Source of the DNA: an uncultured archaeon
GTDB taxonomy: Archaea; Thermoproteota; Nitrososphaeria; Nitrososphaerales; Gagatemarchaeaceae
Direction of reading: 5' to 3'
NCBI GenBank assembly: GCA_963799775.1
Contig: CAWCYD010000003.1
Span: forward strand, 1,216,001 to 1,280,000
Length of the DNA stretch: 64,000 nt
Positions 26,850-37,703 of this stretch are shown here, one piece after another. Positions within the stretch are counted from its first letter, which is position 1; each line of letters opens with the position of its first letter. The translations under genes were made by a program, and so were the position numbers. The notes under the pieces are model-generated. The model did no database searches. It was not told the origin of the DNA and saw only the letters and a program-made list of their open reading frames with translations.

Positions 26850-28068
26850 GTGGACATGTGGTCGGAGAGATACAGGCCCAAGAAGACGAGCCAGATGATA
26901 GGGAACGAGGAGACGAGGCTGGCGCTCTCCCTCTGGCTGGGAAAGTGGAAGCCCGGGACCAAGGTGGCCCTTCTCGTCGGGCCACCAGGGACGGGGAAGA
27001 CGACGTTCGTCACCCTCCTCGCTAAGGAGAACGGGATGAACCTCGTCGACCTGAACGCGAGCGACGTCAGGACGAAGGAGAAGCTCCGCAACAAGATGGG
27101 CGAGGCGATGCACACGGTCAGCCTGTTCGGGGAGAGGGCGCTCATATTCCTCGACGAGGTCGACGGGCTCGCAGGAAGGGCGGACATCGGGGCCGTCGAG
27201 TTCATCAAAGAGTCCGTCAAGGAGAGCCAGAACCCCATCGTGATGGCGGCGAACGACCCCGACTCGGACGAGATCAAGAAGCTCGCCAGCTCGTGCGTCG
27301 TCTTCAGGTTCAGGCCACCTCCTCCGAGGGAGGTGGAGATGTATCTCAGACAGGTGGTGCGGGGCGAGGAGCTCGACGTGAGCGAAGATGAGCTTCGGGG
27401 TTACGTGACTCTCGCGGCCGGGGACGTCAGGAACGCGATCAACCTGCTGCAGAGCAGGGCCAAGGTCTCCCTCGAGGGAGACAGGCAGGGCCACTACAAG
27501 GACACGGACAGCACCGAGAGCGAGGCCTTCAACGGTTTCTTCGCTGCCGATGACAAGAGACAGGCGGAGGCCGCGCTGAGGGCACTGTCCATGTCCTCCT
27601 TCGAGAAGATCAGGGAGATACACAGGTGCATCGTAAAGTCGAGCCTCCCCGTGGAGTCCAAGGCGAAGGCGCTCGAGGCGGTCTCGAGGGCGGACCTCAT
27701 CGTCGGGAGGATGATGAAGGCCGGCGACTGGAGGCTCCTCCGCTATCTCGACAGGCTCTTCGTGGAGGAGCTGTTCCCCGTCGTGAAGGGGATGGGTGTC
27801 AGGTACACGGGGCAGGACGACCTGCCGTTCCCAGTCCTCGTCCGCGTCTGGAACGACTCTAGGAAGATAACCGAGCTCTCTCTGAGATACGCGGCGAAGG
27901 CGGGGACGAGCGGGAGGAGCGCGAGGACCCATGGACCTGCCCTACCTCTTCTCCCTCTGCTCCAGGAAGGCGTTCCGGGAGGAGCTCGAGCACGCGCTCG
28001 GGCTCGACGTTGACAAGGACGTGCTGGAATCGTATGACAGGTTCCTCACGAAGGAGGCCGCGAGGTAG
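26850..28068 (+). CDS. rfcL: Replication factor C large subunit, frameshift near 27930
   Basis: WSERYRPK, GPPGTGKTT, LNASD, LDEVDG, GDVRNAIN. Confidence 0.9.
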
Positions 28069-28070
28069 GG

Positions 28071-28427
28071 ATGCCTGCGAAGAAGATCGTCATGGGAGGC
28101 TGGTTCGACCTCCCCAGGGTGGGTAGGGACGTCTTCGCCATCTTGATGAAGCAGGGCGTCGTCTACGACAAGTCGATGGGGTTCAAGCTGGATGCGGGGA
28201 CCGACCTGCAGGCCGCCGTGAGGACGATCGGCGCCGCGACAGGCGGGGAGGTGGAGCTTGTGCTCCGATGCTTCATCGATGGGAGGGAAGCTTGCCCCGG
28301 GTGCCCATACCTATCCTCGTGCGACAGGACCAGCGTCTCGACGCTCTGCCTCTGCGGAGAGCATGCCGCAGAAAGAACTGTCTTCGAGACCTACGCGAAG
28401 ACCTTCGAAGTCCATCTCAAAGCGTGA
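28071..28427 (+). CDS. Cys-rich hypothetical protein
   Basis: CxxCxxxxxC...CLCxxH; operonic with rfcL. Confidence 0.6.
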   Translation: MPAKKIVMGGWFDLPRVGRDVFAILMKQGVVYDKSMGFKLDAGTDLQAAVRTIGAATGGEVELVLRCFIDGREACPGCPYLSSCDRTSVSTLCLCGEHAAERTVFETYAKTFEVHLKA

Positions 28428-28447
28428 CTCAAAGGTCGCGCTGTCAG

Positions 28448-28816
28448 TTAGCTGAACGCCCTTACCACTGCCTGACCCGAGGAGATGGACCTCCACTCTG
28501 AGAGGAAGCGGCCGACGGCGTTCGTGTACGGGTTCGAGTGGTTGACCCTGAATATCCTTATCCTGTTGAACCTCTTCTCGGTGAGGAGGCCGAGCTTCAC
28601 TAGGAGCTCCAGGTGGACCTCCACGGACGAGTGCGATATCCCGGACCTGCGCGTTATCTCGGAGATGTTGAGCTCGTTGCTCTCCATCATTATGCCCATT
28701 ATCTTCACCCTCCCATACGAGGAGAAGAGCTCCTCGACCTGAAGCGCCTGCTTGCCGCTAGGTTGGCGCGCGGCGGCCTTTCTTGCTGTCGCTATCGTGC
28801 ATATGTCGCCTCTCAC
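28448..28816 (-). CDS. ArsR-like winged-HTH protein
   Basis: LFSSYGRVKI...ELNISEITRRSGISHS; overlaps the cdc6 stop. Confidence 0.75.
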   Translation of the reverse strand: MRGDICTIATARKAAARQPSGKQALQVEELFSSYGRVKIMGIMMESNELNISEITRRSGISHSSVEVHLELLVKLGLLTEKRFNRIRIFRVNHSNPYTNAVGRFLSEWRSISSGQAVVRAFS

Positions 28817-29970
28817 GCCTCTTTGTGCAGCTCTTCGATGAGCTGCTCTGCCGAGACCCTCGAGAGGCCTATCATCGTGGTCCTCCCCCGGAACCCCTTT
28901 CCGGAGAGCTGCGTCTCGATTATCCCCTTCCTCGCCAGCTCGTTGATGTCGTTCCAGACCTGGGTGTGGTGGTTCGGAGAAATCCCCTCCGACTCGCAGA
29001 GGGCGTTGTAGTTCTTCTCCACCTCCCCTATCGTCGTGAAAGCGGCGTCGCTGTTCTTGAGCATCCCGGAGATGGCCCTGAGCATGACGCGCTGGTGCTT
29101 GTCCAGGTAGACCAGCTCTTCCTTCGTGAACTGGGGCGGGAGCGAGGTCTTGGCGCGCCTCACGTGCTCAGGCGTCACCTTGTCTGCTTCGGCCATCTGC
29201 GCGAGCTTGCCTGCCCTGTAGAGCAGCTCGATCGCGTACCGTGCGTCGCCGTATATGCTCGCGAGCTCGGCGGCCATCTGGAGCGACCCGTCGTCGACCG
29301 TCCCCTCGCGGAACGCCTGCTGGCTCCTAGAGAGGAGTATGTCGTAGAGCTGCTCTGCCGAGTACGGCTCGAGGGATATCGAGTTCCACTGCAGCGAGCT
29401 GAGCGTGCTCAGGTCGACCATCTTCACGTAGTCTAGCGTCTTCGAGATGAGGAGGGAGGAGAAGGACTGGGCCTCTTGCGAGAGCTCCCTGATCCTCGTT
29501 ATCGTGTATAGAGAGGAGGGGTCCGACTCCACAAGGGAGTCCACCTCGTCGAAGGCCACCAGCATGTGCACCCTGTCCCTCCTCAGCTCCTCGAACAGGG
29601 CCTGTAGCAGCTCCTCGAAACTGAGCCCTCTCGAGGGATAGACGTGCCCGAGGGTCCGGAGCGCCTTGTTGAATATCGCGACCAGCGACCTGTCGATCCG
29701 GCAGTTGACGTGGAGGAACTTGACCCGGTTGCCGTAGGCCGTCGCCTTCTTCTCCAGCGACAGGCCCAGCTTCTTCGCGAGCATCGTCTTCCCTGACCCC
29801 ACGGGGCCGTAGAGCAGCACGTTCTGACTGACGCTCTGGGAGCGCTCCGCGACGCCCTGGAAGTAGGCTTCTAGCTCCCTCATCTGGACGCCCCTGTGCG
29901 GCGTCGTCGCGGGGACGTATTCGGGGACGAGCACGCTCTCGTTCTTGAAGAGAGGGTTGTGGAAGCTCAT
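28813..29970 (-). CDS. cdc6: Orc1/Cdc6 replication initiator
   Basis: YVP..PHR, GPVGSGKT, VNCR, FDEVD, GDARYAIELL, GFRGRT wing. Confidence 0.95.
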   Translation of the reverse strand: MSFHNPLFKNESVLVPEYVPATTPHRGVQMRELEAYFQGVAERSQSVSQNVLLYGPVGSGKTMLAKKLGLSLEKKATAYGNRVKFLHVNCRIDRSLVAIFNKALRTLGHVYPSRGLSFEELLQALFEELRRDRVHMLVAFDEVDSLVESDPSSLYTITRIRELSQEAQSFSSLLISKTLDYVKMVDLSTLSSLQWNSISLEPYSAEQLYDILLSRSQQAFREGTVDDGSLQMAAELASIYGDARYAIELLYRAGKLAQMAEADKVTPEHVRRAKTSLPPQFTKEELVYLDKHQRVMLRAISGMLKNSDAAFTTIGEVEKNYNALCESEGISPNHHTQVWNDINELARKGIIETQLSGKGFRGRTTMIGLSRVSAEQLIEELHKEA

Positions 29971-30046
29971 CGCAGAAGAAATTTTTGGGCGCCGTTGTAT
30001 ATAATCGTGATTAGGAGAGTAGAGTGAAAGTATTCAGCCAGTGAGC

Positions 30047-30069
30047 GTTCTTAAGAGGAAACGGATGGG
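30047..30069 (+). promoter_or_regulatory. ORB-like motif upstream of cdc6
   Basis: GTTCttaAGAGGAAACGGATGGG resembles the crenarchaeal ORB pattern TTCCAGxGGAAA..G-string. Confidence 0.4.
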
Positions 30070-30132
30070 CTGAGACGTCCCGCCCTGCCTTGATGTTCCC
30101 CACCCCCTCGCAATATACGGAGAGGTTCCTCC

Positions 30133-30657
30133 ATGCGGGTCACCTACTCGTTGATGGCCGCGAACGTGGCCGTCTACGTCGTGCTCCAGATCGGGGGGAC
30201 GCCGCTCTACGACGCGCTGGCCCAGACAGGCTCGGGCGTCTTCGGGGGCCAGTACTGGCAGCTCTTCACCGCGCTCTTCGTCCACTTCGACATCTTCCAC
30301 ATCGGGTTCAACATGATCGCTCTCTACTACTTTGGGAGGCTGAACGAGATCTCGTACTCGGAAGGCGAGTATCTGGCCATCTACTTCGGGGCGGGGCTCC
30401 TGGGGAACGCGGTCTCGCTCTTCCTCATCCCGCTCGACGTCCAGACCGGCGGGGCGTCGGGGGCGATCTTCGGGCTGATAGGCTCCTACGCCGCTAGGAA
30501 CCACAACCTTGCGAACATAGCGCTCGCGCTCGTCTACGCGGTCTTTATCCTGATTGCGAGCGCTGGGCCGGGGGTCAACGACTTCGCCCACATCTTCGGG
30601 GTCGTCGGGGGGTTCGCGCTCGGCCTCCTCTTCACGCGGATGCGCCCGCCCGAATGA
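30133..30657 (+). CDS. Rhomboid intramembrane serine protease
   Basis: HIGFNM, GASGAIFG, AHIFG. Confidence 0.9.
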   Translation: MRVTYSLMAANVAVYVVLQIGGTPLYDALAQTGSGVFGGQYWQLFTALFVHFDIFHIGFNMIALYYFGRLNEISYSEGEYLAIYFGAGLLGNAVSLFLIPLDVQTGGASGAIFGLIGSYAARNHNLANIALALVYAVFILIASAGPGVNDFAHIFGVVGGFALGLLFTRMRPPE

Positions 30658-30715
30658 GGCATGAAAAGGAAGGATGGCCCGTTTAAGGGAGGGCTCTGCC
30701 AGGGGAGGGGAGAAG

Positions 30716-31748
30716 TTGAAAGCGGTAAGGTTCCACGAGCACGGAGGTCCGGAGGTCCTCCGATACGAGGACGCCCCCGACCCCGTCCGCAGCGGCTCCG
30801 ATCAGGCCCTGGTCAGGGTGAAGGCATGCGCGCTCAACCACCTGGACATATGGGGGCGGATGGGCCCGCCCTACTCCAAGCCTCCTCTCCCCCACATCCC
30901 AGGGTGCGACATCGCAGGGGTGGTCGAGGAGGTGCCCTCCTGAGGAGGGGGAGTTCCAGGAGGGGACGGAGGTGATGGTGAGCCCCGGGGTCGGCTGCGG
31001 GAGGTGCGAGAGATGCCTCAGCGGCGCTGACAACCAGTGCCGGCGCTATTCGATCATCGGGAACGAGATCGACGGAGGATATGCGGAGCTCGTCCTCGTC
31101 CCGAGGAGGAACCTGATCCCAAAGCCGGAGAGGATGGACTTTGTCCAGGCCGCGTCCGTGCCTCTCTCGTTCCTCACCGCGTACCACATGCTAGTCACGA
31201 AGGCCAAGCTCCAGGCAGGGGAGACGGTCCTCGTCCTGGGGGCAGGGTCGGGAGTCGGGATAGCCGCGATCCAGATAGCAAAGGCGTACAACGCGAACGT
31301 CGTCGCGACCGCGGGGACCGACGCGAAGCTGCGCAAATCGCTGGAACTCGGTGCGGACTACACGATCAACCACAAGTCGAAGAAGGTCTCCGAGGAGGCG
31401 AGGAAGTACACGGAAGGCCGCGGGGTCGACGTGGTCGTGGAGCACCCGGGCAAGGCCACGTGGGACGAGAGCCTGAGGTCGGTCGCCAAGGGCGGGAGGA
31501 TAGTCACTTGTGGTGCGACGACGGGCTACGATGCGGTCACTGACATCAGGTACGTCTTCGTCAAGGAGATCTCGATTTTCGGGAGCTACATGGGAGGGAG
31601 CGGAGAGCTGCTTCGGGTCCTCGAGCTCTTCAAGCAGAGGAGGCTGCGTCCTGTCGTCGACATCTCGATGCCGCTCAGCAACGCCAAGGAGGCTCAGATC
31701 AGGATGGAGAAGAGCGAGCACTTTGGGAAGATAGTGCTCACGCCCTGA
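30716..31748 (+). CDS. Zinc-binding alcohol dehydrogenase/quinone oxidoreductase, frameshift near 30940
   Basis: HGGPEVL, ALNHLD, CGRCERC..C, GAGSGVG, GKIVL. Confidence 0.9.
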
Positions 31749-32187
31749 GCGAAGGCGTTATCTCGTAGTCGTACGAGATCTTCACCTTTTCACTGAGGGT
31801 AGACGCCACGCTGCAGAACTTTGTCACGCTGTCCGAGACCGCCTCCTTGACATGCTTGTCCTCGACCTTCCCGGATACGCGGAACCTGAGGTGGATCTCG
31901 GTGAACGGTTTTGTCCGACCGAACTGAGGCCGCTTGCCAGAGACCTCGACGGAGAGCGAATCGACCCTTTGTTTCCTCTTCTGGAGTATGGCTGCGACGT
32001 CCATGCCCGAGCACGCGCCCAGAGAGGAGAGCAACGCTCTCATCGGTCCGATGCCTCGCGCGGTCCTCTTAGAGAGTGAGGAGTCGAAGACTATTGAGTG
32101 TCCCGCCTCGTCGCTGCCGACGAAGAGGTCGTTGTCCACCCACTCTACGCTGACCTTTGATGTTGTTTGGGGCTCCTCAGCGCTCAC
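31738..32187 (-). CDS. OsmC family protein
   Basis: GPM..LL.SLGACSGMD, KFCSVASTL. Confidence 0.9.
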   Translation of the reverse strand: MSAEEPQTTSKVSVEWVDNDLFVGSDEAGHSIVFDSSLSKRTARGIGPMRALLSSLGACSGMDVAAILQKRKQRVDSLSVEVSGKRPQFGRTKPFTEIHLRFRVSGKVEDKHVKEAVSDSVTKFCSVASTLSEKVKISYDYEITPSLRA

Positions 32188-32236
32188 TCTATCTTGACCT
32201 CTACCGGCCTGGACTTGCCAGAGGCTTTCCCCTTCT

Positions 32237-32734
32237 CTAGGTAGGTGTCCTCCTTCCCCAGGCGATGTTCACGCTTGCTACGATGGCGTGACGGCCGGCA
32301 CCGATGGACTCGGCCGGAATCTCAAACCTCTTGACGACGTCGAGGAACTTGGCGCGCGCGTCGTCCGCATTGAGCGGGATGATGGGTGCGCCGCCCTCTT
32401 CGTGCACGATCGCGGCCCATATCCTGTATGGCAGGTCGGGGTCCCTGCTCCAGTAGAACCGCGCTCGCCTGACCTCCTTCCCTGTCGCGTCGAGCTTCTT
32501 CCCGGAAGAGACCGTGGTGTCCATCATGAGCCTGACCAGCTTGTCATTGTCCTCCCAGGCCATCGTCCAGACGCTTGGATTGAAAGATTCACGGAGGCCG
32601 CCGACCACCCTGAAGCCTACGGTGAGTCCGACCTTGTCTTTCAGGGAGACGACGCCCTTGTCTAAGACTATCTTCACGTCGGCGAGGCTGGTCTTCGGCC
32701 AGGAGTAGTCGCTCCGTCTGTCCAAGAGAGACAT
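32237..32734 (-). CDS. Hypothetical protein (3' end probably frameshifted)
   Basis: ORF from ATG 32734 with coding-like composition. Confidence 0.55.
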   Translation of the reverse strand: MSLLDRRSDYSWPKTSLADVKIVLDKGVVSLKDKVGLTVGFRVVGGLRESFNPSVWTMAWEDNDKLVRLMMDTTVSSGKKLDATGKEVRRARFYWSRDPDLPYRIWAAIVHEEGGAPIIPLNADDARAKFLDVVKRFEIPAESIGAGRHAIVASVNIAWGRRTPT

Positions 32735-32823
32735 GACGAATCGGGCTCCCGTGGCCTCCGCGTTATAAGCCTGAGCCGCGCGAAAAACGCCTATATCCTC
32801 TGGCAGACCGAATCTGCTCCTCC

Positions 32824-33576
32824 GTGAGTCCTCCTGCTGCACAGCCGACCGAGAGACGAACTGCAGTCGAGGCGAAGGAGACGTTTGTGGAGAGGCATCC
32901 GCACATCGCTGGGAGAGGCCTCATCTCGGCGTCGGCTCTCGGTCTGGCGGACGGCCTCGTGACGAACCTCGCGTTCATGACGGGGTTCAGCGGGGCGGTC
33001 TCAAGCGAGTCGCTCATCAGGTTCGCCGGACTGGCTGCGATGATCGCGGGGTCCGTCTCGATGTTCTTCGGAGGGGCCCTCAGCGCGCGGTCTGAACGAG
33101 ACCTCTTCAGCGCAGATTCGAGGAGGGAGGCGTTCGAGATGGAGCACGAGACCGACGAGGAGGTGCACGAGTTGAAGATGATCTACATGGACAAGGGCCT
33201 GACCGAGGAGGAGGCAGACATGGTTGTGGCAAGGCTGCTCAGCAACAAGGAGAGGTTCCTCGAGGACATGCTCAACAACGAGCTGCACGTCCACAAGGAC
33301 AACCTCCAGAACCCATACAAGCTCGGCGCTGTCATCGGGCTCTCCTTCTTCATAGGGGCGCTTGTCCCGCTCATCCCGTATCTCCTGGTCTCCGTGAAAT
33401 CCTCCGCCCAGACGGCTTCCGTGATCGCGTCTCTGATCTTCCTCTTCGCGGCGGGCGAATGGAAGGGGCGCGTGGTCAAGAGGAAGCCTCTGAGAAGCGG
33501 ACTGGAGACCTTGCTCGTCGGCGCGGTGGCGGCGGGCATCCTGTTCGTGATCGGAAGCGCGTTCGTCTTCGTCTAG
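32824..33576 (+). CDS. VIT1/CCC1 iron/manganese transporter
   Basis: GLADGLVT, AGSVSM, SFFIGALVPLIPY. Confidence 0.9.
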   Translation: MSPPAAQPTERRTAVEAKETFVERHPHIAGRGLISASALGLADGLVTNLAFMTGFSGAVSSESLIRFAGLAAMIAGSVSMFFGGALSARSERDLFSADSRREAFEMEHETDEEVHELKMIYMDKGLTEEEADMVVARLLSNKERFLEDMLNNELHVHKDNLQNPYKLGAVIGLSFFIGALVPLIPYLLVSVKSSAQTASVIASLIFLFAAGEWKGRVVKRKPLRSGLETLLVGAVAAGILFVIGSAFVFV

Positions 33577-34738
33577 GCGCCGCAGACCTTCTCGATCATC
33601 TTCTCGTAGATGGAGACCGCCTTTCTGGCTTGCGAGAGCTCCACGAACTCGTCGACGATGTGGATGTCCTTCAGGTCGCCGGGCCCCATCACGACGGACG
33701 GGATGCCGTGCTTGGAGTAGAGCGAGGCCTCGGTCCCGTACGGAGCGACCTCGGACTTGGACCCACTGACTGACTCTGCCATCTTGACCAGCGGATGCGC
33801 ACTCGGGAGCTTCAGCGACGGGCTGTCGTACATGAGCTCCACCCGGGCCTCGAGCGTGGGTCCCTCTTCCTCAGCGAGGACACGAGCGAGCGGAGGCCCC
33901 TCTCCACGAACGCGGTCCCGTGCCTCGGTATCCAGCGCGAGTCGACGATCAGCTCGCACTGCTCGGGGATGACGTTGCTCTTCGTCCCTCCCTTGATGAC
34001 GGTGGGCGTCGCGATCGTGGGGCCCAGGTCGTCGTCCGGTGACTTTGCGAGTGTGCGCTCCCAGAAGGAGATGGCCTCGATGATGTCGGCGCACTTCTCT
34101 ACGGCGTTGACCCCCATGTCCGGCGTGCTCGCGTGGGCGCTCCTCCCCTTCACGATGACGCGGAAGTCCGCGAGGCCCTTGTGAGCCCTGATCGGTCGGA
34201 GGCCCGTCGGCTCGCCTATGACGCCGAACCGTGCGGCGCCTTCCGGGATCGCATTCCGCGCGTAGAGCGCTTTCAAGCCGTCGAACCCCACCTCCTCGCC
34301 GGCGGTGGCGACGAACAAGATCCCTCGTCTGAGGTCTCGGCTCTTGGCCTTGGCCTCGATGGCCTTCAGAATGGCGGCGACGCCGGTCTTCATGTCGGCG
34401 GCGCCCCTGCCGTAGAGCCTGCCTCTTCTCACCGTCCCTTTGAACGGCTGCGAAGACCACGCGGATTCGTCTCCGGCCGGCACGACGTCGATGTGGCCCG
34501 CCAGCAGGAGGCCGGGCTCGCGAGGCCCGAACCTCGCCACCAAGTTCGCGCGTCCGGGCTCGAACACGTCGAGTCGCAGTTCCGCGCCATCGATGTGCAT
34601 GTCAGCCAACTGGTCGCGGATGAACCGAGCGCAGCCCTCCTCGTTCCCGGGAGGGATCTCCGTCCTGAAACCGATCAGGGACCTCGCGAGCTCTACCAGT
34701 TCCAAAGCAGGTGGAAGCTGGGCGCGCGTCGTTGTTAT
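33573..34738 (-). CDS. M20 metallopeptidase (ArgE/DapE-like), frameshift near 33865; start approximate
   Basis: GHIDVVP, GRGAADMK, GEEVG, GEPT, GRSAHAS, MGPG...H..DE. Confidence 0.9.
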
Positions 34739-34801
34739 TGCTTTCCTGAGACCTGGCGAGCGACTAAGGTTATAGCGGCCGCGGAGGCGCGCGTATTCCG
34801 A

Positions 34802-35608
34802 ATGGCCCGAAAACGACCGGTCGTGGCCCTCTCCGACGTGAGCCTGGTCCTCGACGGGAAGAGAGTCCTGAGCCACGTCGACTGGGAGGTCCTGCCCGGA
34901 GAGAACTGGGTTGTCATCGGGCCCAACGGGGCGGGAAAGACAAGCTTGCTCAGCATCATCAACGGCTACAGGTGGCCCTCGGAAGGGAAGGTCTCTGTCT
35001 TGGCACGGAGGTTCGGTGAGGCGGACCTGAGAGAGCTCAGGACGCAGACAGGTCTGGTGAGCTCATATCTGGACCCGATGATCGGAGGTGAAGAAAAGGT
35101 CCTGGAGCTTGTGCTCAGCGGCAAGTTCGGGTCGACGCGCGTCTGGGGAAGGGTCAGCGATTCGGACGTTGCGAAGGCGAGATCTCTGCTCCGGTCCCTC
35201 GGGTGCCTCGAGCACCTGAACAAGGCGTTGCGGGAGGTCTCGCAGGGCGAGAGACAGAAAGTCGCCATAGCCAGAGCGATGATGGCGAGTCCATTACTCC
35301 TGGTCCTGGACGAGCCTTGCGAGGGTCTGGACATCGCCTCGAGGGAGAGCCTTCTCGACGGGCTCGGGCAGCTCACGTCAACGAGGGGCGGCCCGACGTT
35401 CATCGAGGTGACGCACAGGACCGAGGACGTGCCCCTGGGATTCACTCACGCGCTCCTCCTGAGGGGCGGTCGCGTGGTTGCCGCGGGGCCGCTCGCGTCG
35501 ACGCTGACGGACGCCAACCTGTCGAGATGTCTGGGCGTGGAGCTGGAGCTGAAGCGATGGGGAGGAAGGCGCTACATGGTCCGGGCCAGACGCAGGGGCC
35601 GCATGTAA
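34802..35608 (+). CDS. ABC ATP-binding protein (ModF/YlmA-like)
   Basis: GPNGAGKT, SQGERQ, LDEP, VTH. Confidence 0.9.
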   Translation: MARKRPVVALSDVSLVLDGKRVLSHVDWEVLPGENWVVIGPNGAGKTSLLSIINGYRWPSEGKVSVLARRFGEADLRELRTQTGLVSSYLDPMIGGEEKVLELVLSGKFGSTRVWGRVSDSDVAKARSLLRSLGCLEHLNKALREVSQGERQKVAIARAMMASPLLLVLDEPCEGLDIASRESLLDGLGQLTSTRGGPTFIEVTHRTEDVPLGFTHALLLRGGRVVAAGPLASTLTDANLSRCLGVELELKRWGGRRYMVRARRRGRM

Positions 35609-35675
35609 TCTCTCGATCTCCAACGATGCTCTTTTATCTCGCGGAAAGGTTCTTCGCCACAAGTGGACTCGTGAG

Positions 35676-36455
35676 ATGTGGCAGAGACTGGAGGTCGATG
35701 AGATGCCCGCCGAGGAGGAATCCACCCTGCTCGTGGCCCTATCGACGATGGCCCCGCAATACGCGCCCCTCTACTCACATGCGAGAGAGCTCGCGAGGTT
35801 CCTTCTTGGGAAGAAGGAGTTCGTAAGGTTCGCTACGCTCTACTCTTCTTCGCTCCCGGCGTCGGTGGCCATCGAAGAAGAGGGCGTCGCGCGTCTCCAG
35901 TCCAACCAGTTCCACCTCGCAAAGGGTTCGACACGGATCGTGATGCTGGCTGGCGACGGATCGCCCGTGGACGACCAACAAGAGTACGCCCACACAGTCC
36001 TCTCGTTCGCATCGAAGCTGGGCGTCAAGCAGGTAGTCTCAGTAGGCGCGCGCTGGTCGGAATCCCCGACCCCGCCCGGCGTTCCTCTCCGGCCTGTAGG
36101 GTTCTCGACCGACGCGGAGGGGGTCAAGACGCTCGAGGGACTCGGCGTCACCATCACAAAGGGAGAACCCGGGCCTTTCTTTCCGAACCTCGTGGTAGGC
36201 ATGGCCGCCGACTACGGGATGAGAGGCTTCAAGGTGGGCGTCGACCATGGCGAACCTGTCCCGCATCCTCGCTCGCTCATCCAGATCATCGGGTGCCTCT
36301 CTAAGATGCTCGGGATTCAGGTCGAGACTAATAGCCTAGCGGCCCGCGCGAAGGAGATGGACCAACAGGCGCCTCCTGAGGGCCTTCCCGAGGTCCCCGA
36401 AGGAGCGAGGCGGCATATACGGGTAGCCGTGCGGCTCCCGCAAAGCTCTAAATAA
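35676..36455 (+). CDS. PAC2-family proteasome assembly chaperone
   Basis: FATLYSSSLP, LAGD, LGVKQVVSVGA, PHPRS. Confidence 0.65.
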   Translation: MWQRLEVDEMPAEEESTLLVALSTMAPQYAPLYSHARELARFLLGKKEFVRFATLYSSSLPASVAIEEEGVARLQSNQFHLAKGSTRIVMLAGDGSPVDDQQEYAHTVLSFASKLGVKQVVSVGARWSESPTPPGVPLRPVGFSTDAEGVKTLEGLGVTITKGEPGPFFPNLVVGMAADYGMRGFKVGVDHGEPVPHPRSLIQIIGCLSKMLGIQVETNSLAARAKEMDQQAPPEGLPEVPEGARRHIRVAVRLPQSSK

Positions 36456-36479
36456 CTCCGAAAAGGTTTGCGGTCCAAT

Positions 36480-36830
36480 ATGTCCGTTTCTGAAGAAGTC
36501 GACTTGAAGGAGGTCCAAAAGCAGCTCGCAAAAGTGGTCGACCCAGAGATAGGGATGCCGATAGTCGAGATGAACCTCATCGACAAGCTCGAGATTCAAG
36601 ACGGAATCGTCAACATCGAGTATCATGCGACGACCCCTTACTGCCCGCCCATTTTCGCCCTCAAGATTTCTCAGGACATGAAGAACTATGCGCAGCAGGT
36701 GAAGGGCGTCAAGGATGTGAAGGTCACTGTCAAGGGCCATTATCTGGCTGATGCTGTGAACAAGCAGGTCAACAAGCCCCATGCGCCGCCGCAGCAGCCA
36801 CAGCAGCAGCAACCCACCCAGCCAAAGTGA
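36480..36830 (+). CDS. DUF59/SufT-like Fe-S assembly protein with a Gln/Pro tail
   Basis: VVDPEIGMPIVEMNLI, TTPYCP. Confidence 0.85.
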   Translation: MSVSEEVDLKEVQKQLAKVVDPEIGMPIVEMNLIDKLEIQDGIVNIEYHATTPYCPPIFALKISQDMKNYAQQVKGVKDVKVTVKGHYLADAVNKQVNKPHAPPQQPQQQQPTQPK

Positions 36831-36891
36831 CAGCGGCACGAGGCCGGGACGCGGAGGCTGGCCCCAATTCATCCTTGAAGGGAAGGCCCGG

Positions 36892-37209
36892 ATGGTGGAG
36901 CTCCTGTCCAAAGTCGCAGAGATAGACGCAGCTCTCGAGCGCGTCAGGTCTTCGGCCGACAGGGTGCTGGGTGGTGACGCGTCCTTCAAGGAACAGACTT
37001 ACGAGGACATCTTCGCCCTCAACAACGCGATAGGGAGGCTCGCGCGCGAATGACCCGAGATGATGCGGAGGATGAAGGAGCTGCAGGCCTTTGTGAACAT
37101 GATCACCGTCGGGATAAAGTACGACAGGCCCGATGACGTGCGCGAGGGTCTCTCTGCGGTGGAGAAACTACTGGACGCGATGAAGAAGGAATCTGCTGAA
37201 TCGCCATAA
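36892..37209 (+). CDS. Helical hypothetical protein, frameshift near 37050
   Basis: Two consecutive open frames joined by one indel. Confidence 0.4.
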
Positions 37210-37242
37210 GGATTTATTAGAAGGGTTGGCTGATTTTCCAGC

Positions 37243-37656
37243 ATGACAGAGACGAAGGTGACGGATTTCGCCGTCGTCAAGGTCGCCGAGGTCGGGTTTG
37301 CGGATGAGGACGGCCTGGAGGGACTCGTGCTCCTAAAGGCGGATCAGATGGACGGCAGCTTCACGATGCGCGCCTTCTCCGGCGAGACAGCCATGCACAT
37401 GTCGAGGTTCGACAAGGGCGACCGGTCCTCGATCCCCTCCGTCTACAACATGATCGAAGAATTCGCCGAGAAGGAAGGGCTCCATCTTGCGGGCATAGAG
37501 GTCTACCCCTCGGGGACTGTGTTGAGATCTGATCTCCAGTTCGTAGGCAAAGGGAAGGAGTTGCTCCTCACGGGTTACAGGGCCTCGGACGCGATAGCGA
37601 TTGCGCTCTTCTACGACGCTCCGATTCTTCTCCATCGCTCGCTGCTCGAGCATTGA
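37243..37656 (+). CDS. Bifunctional nuclease (DUF151) family protein
   Basis: RASDAIAIAL...API motif. Confidence 0.8.
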   Translation: MTETKVTDFAVVKVAEVGFADEDGLEGLVLLKADQMDGSFTMRAFSGETAMHMSRFDKGDRSSIPSVYNMIEEFAEKEGLHLAGIEVYPSGTVLRSDLQFVGKGKELLLTGYRASDAIAIALFYDAPILLHRSLLEH

Positions 37657-37703
37657 AAGAAAGTTAAAAGAGACTGCGGAAGCGACTAGGAGCCCGTACC
37701 GTA

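Noticed and set aside
36790-36825. CAG-rich stretch as a functional tandem repeat
   Set aside because: Encodes a low-complexity Gln/Pro tail of the DUF59 protein
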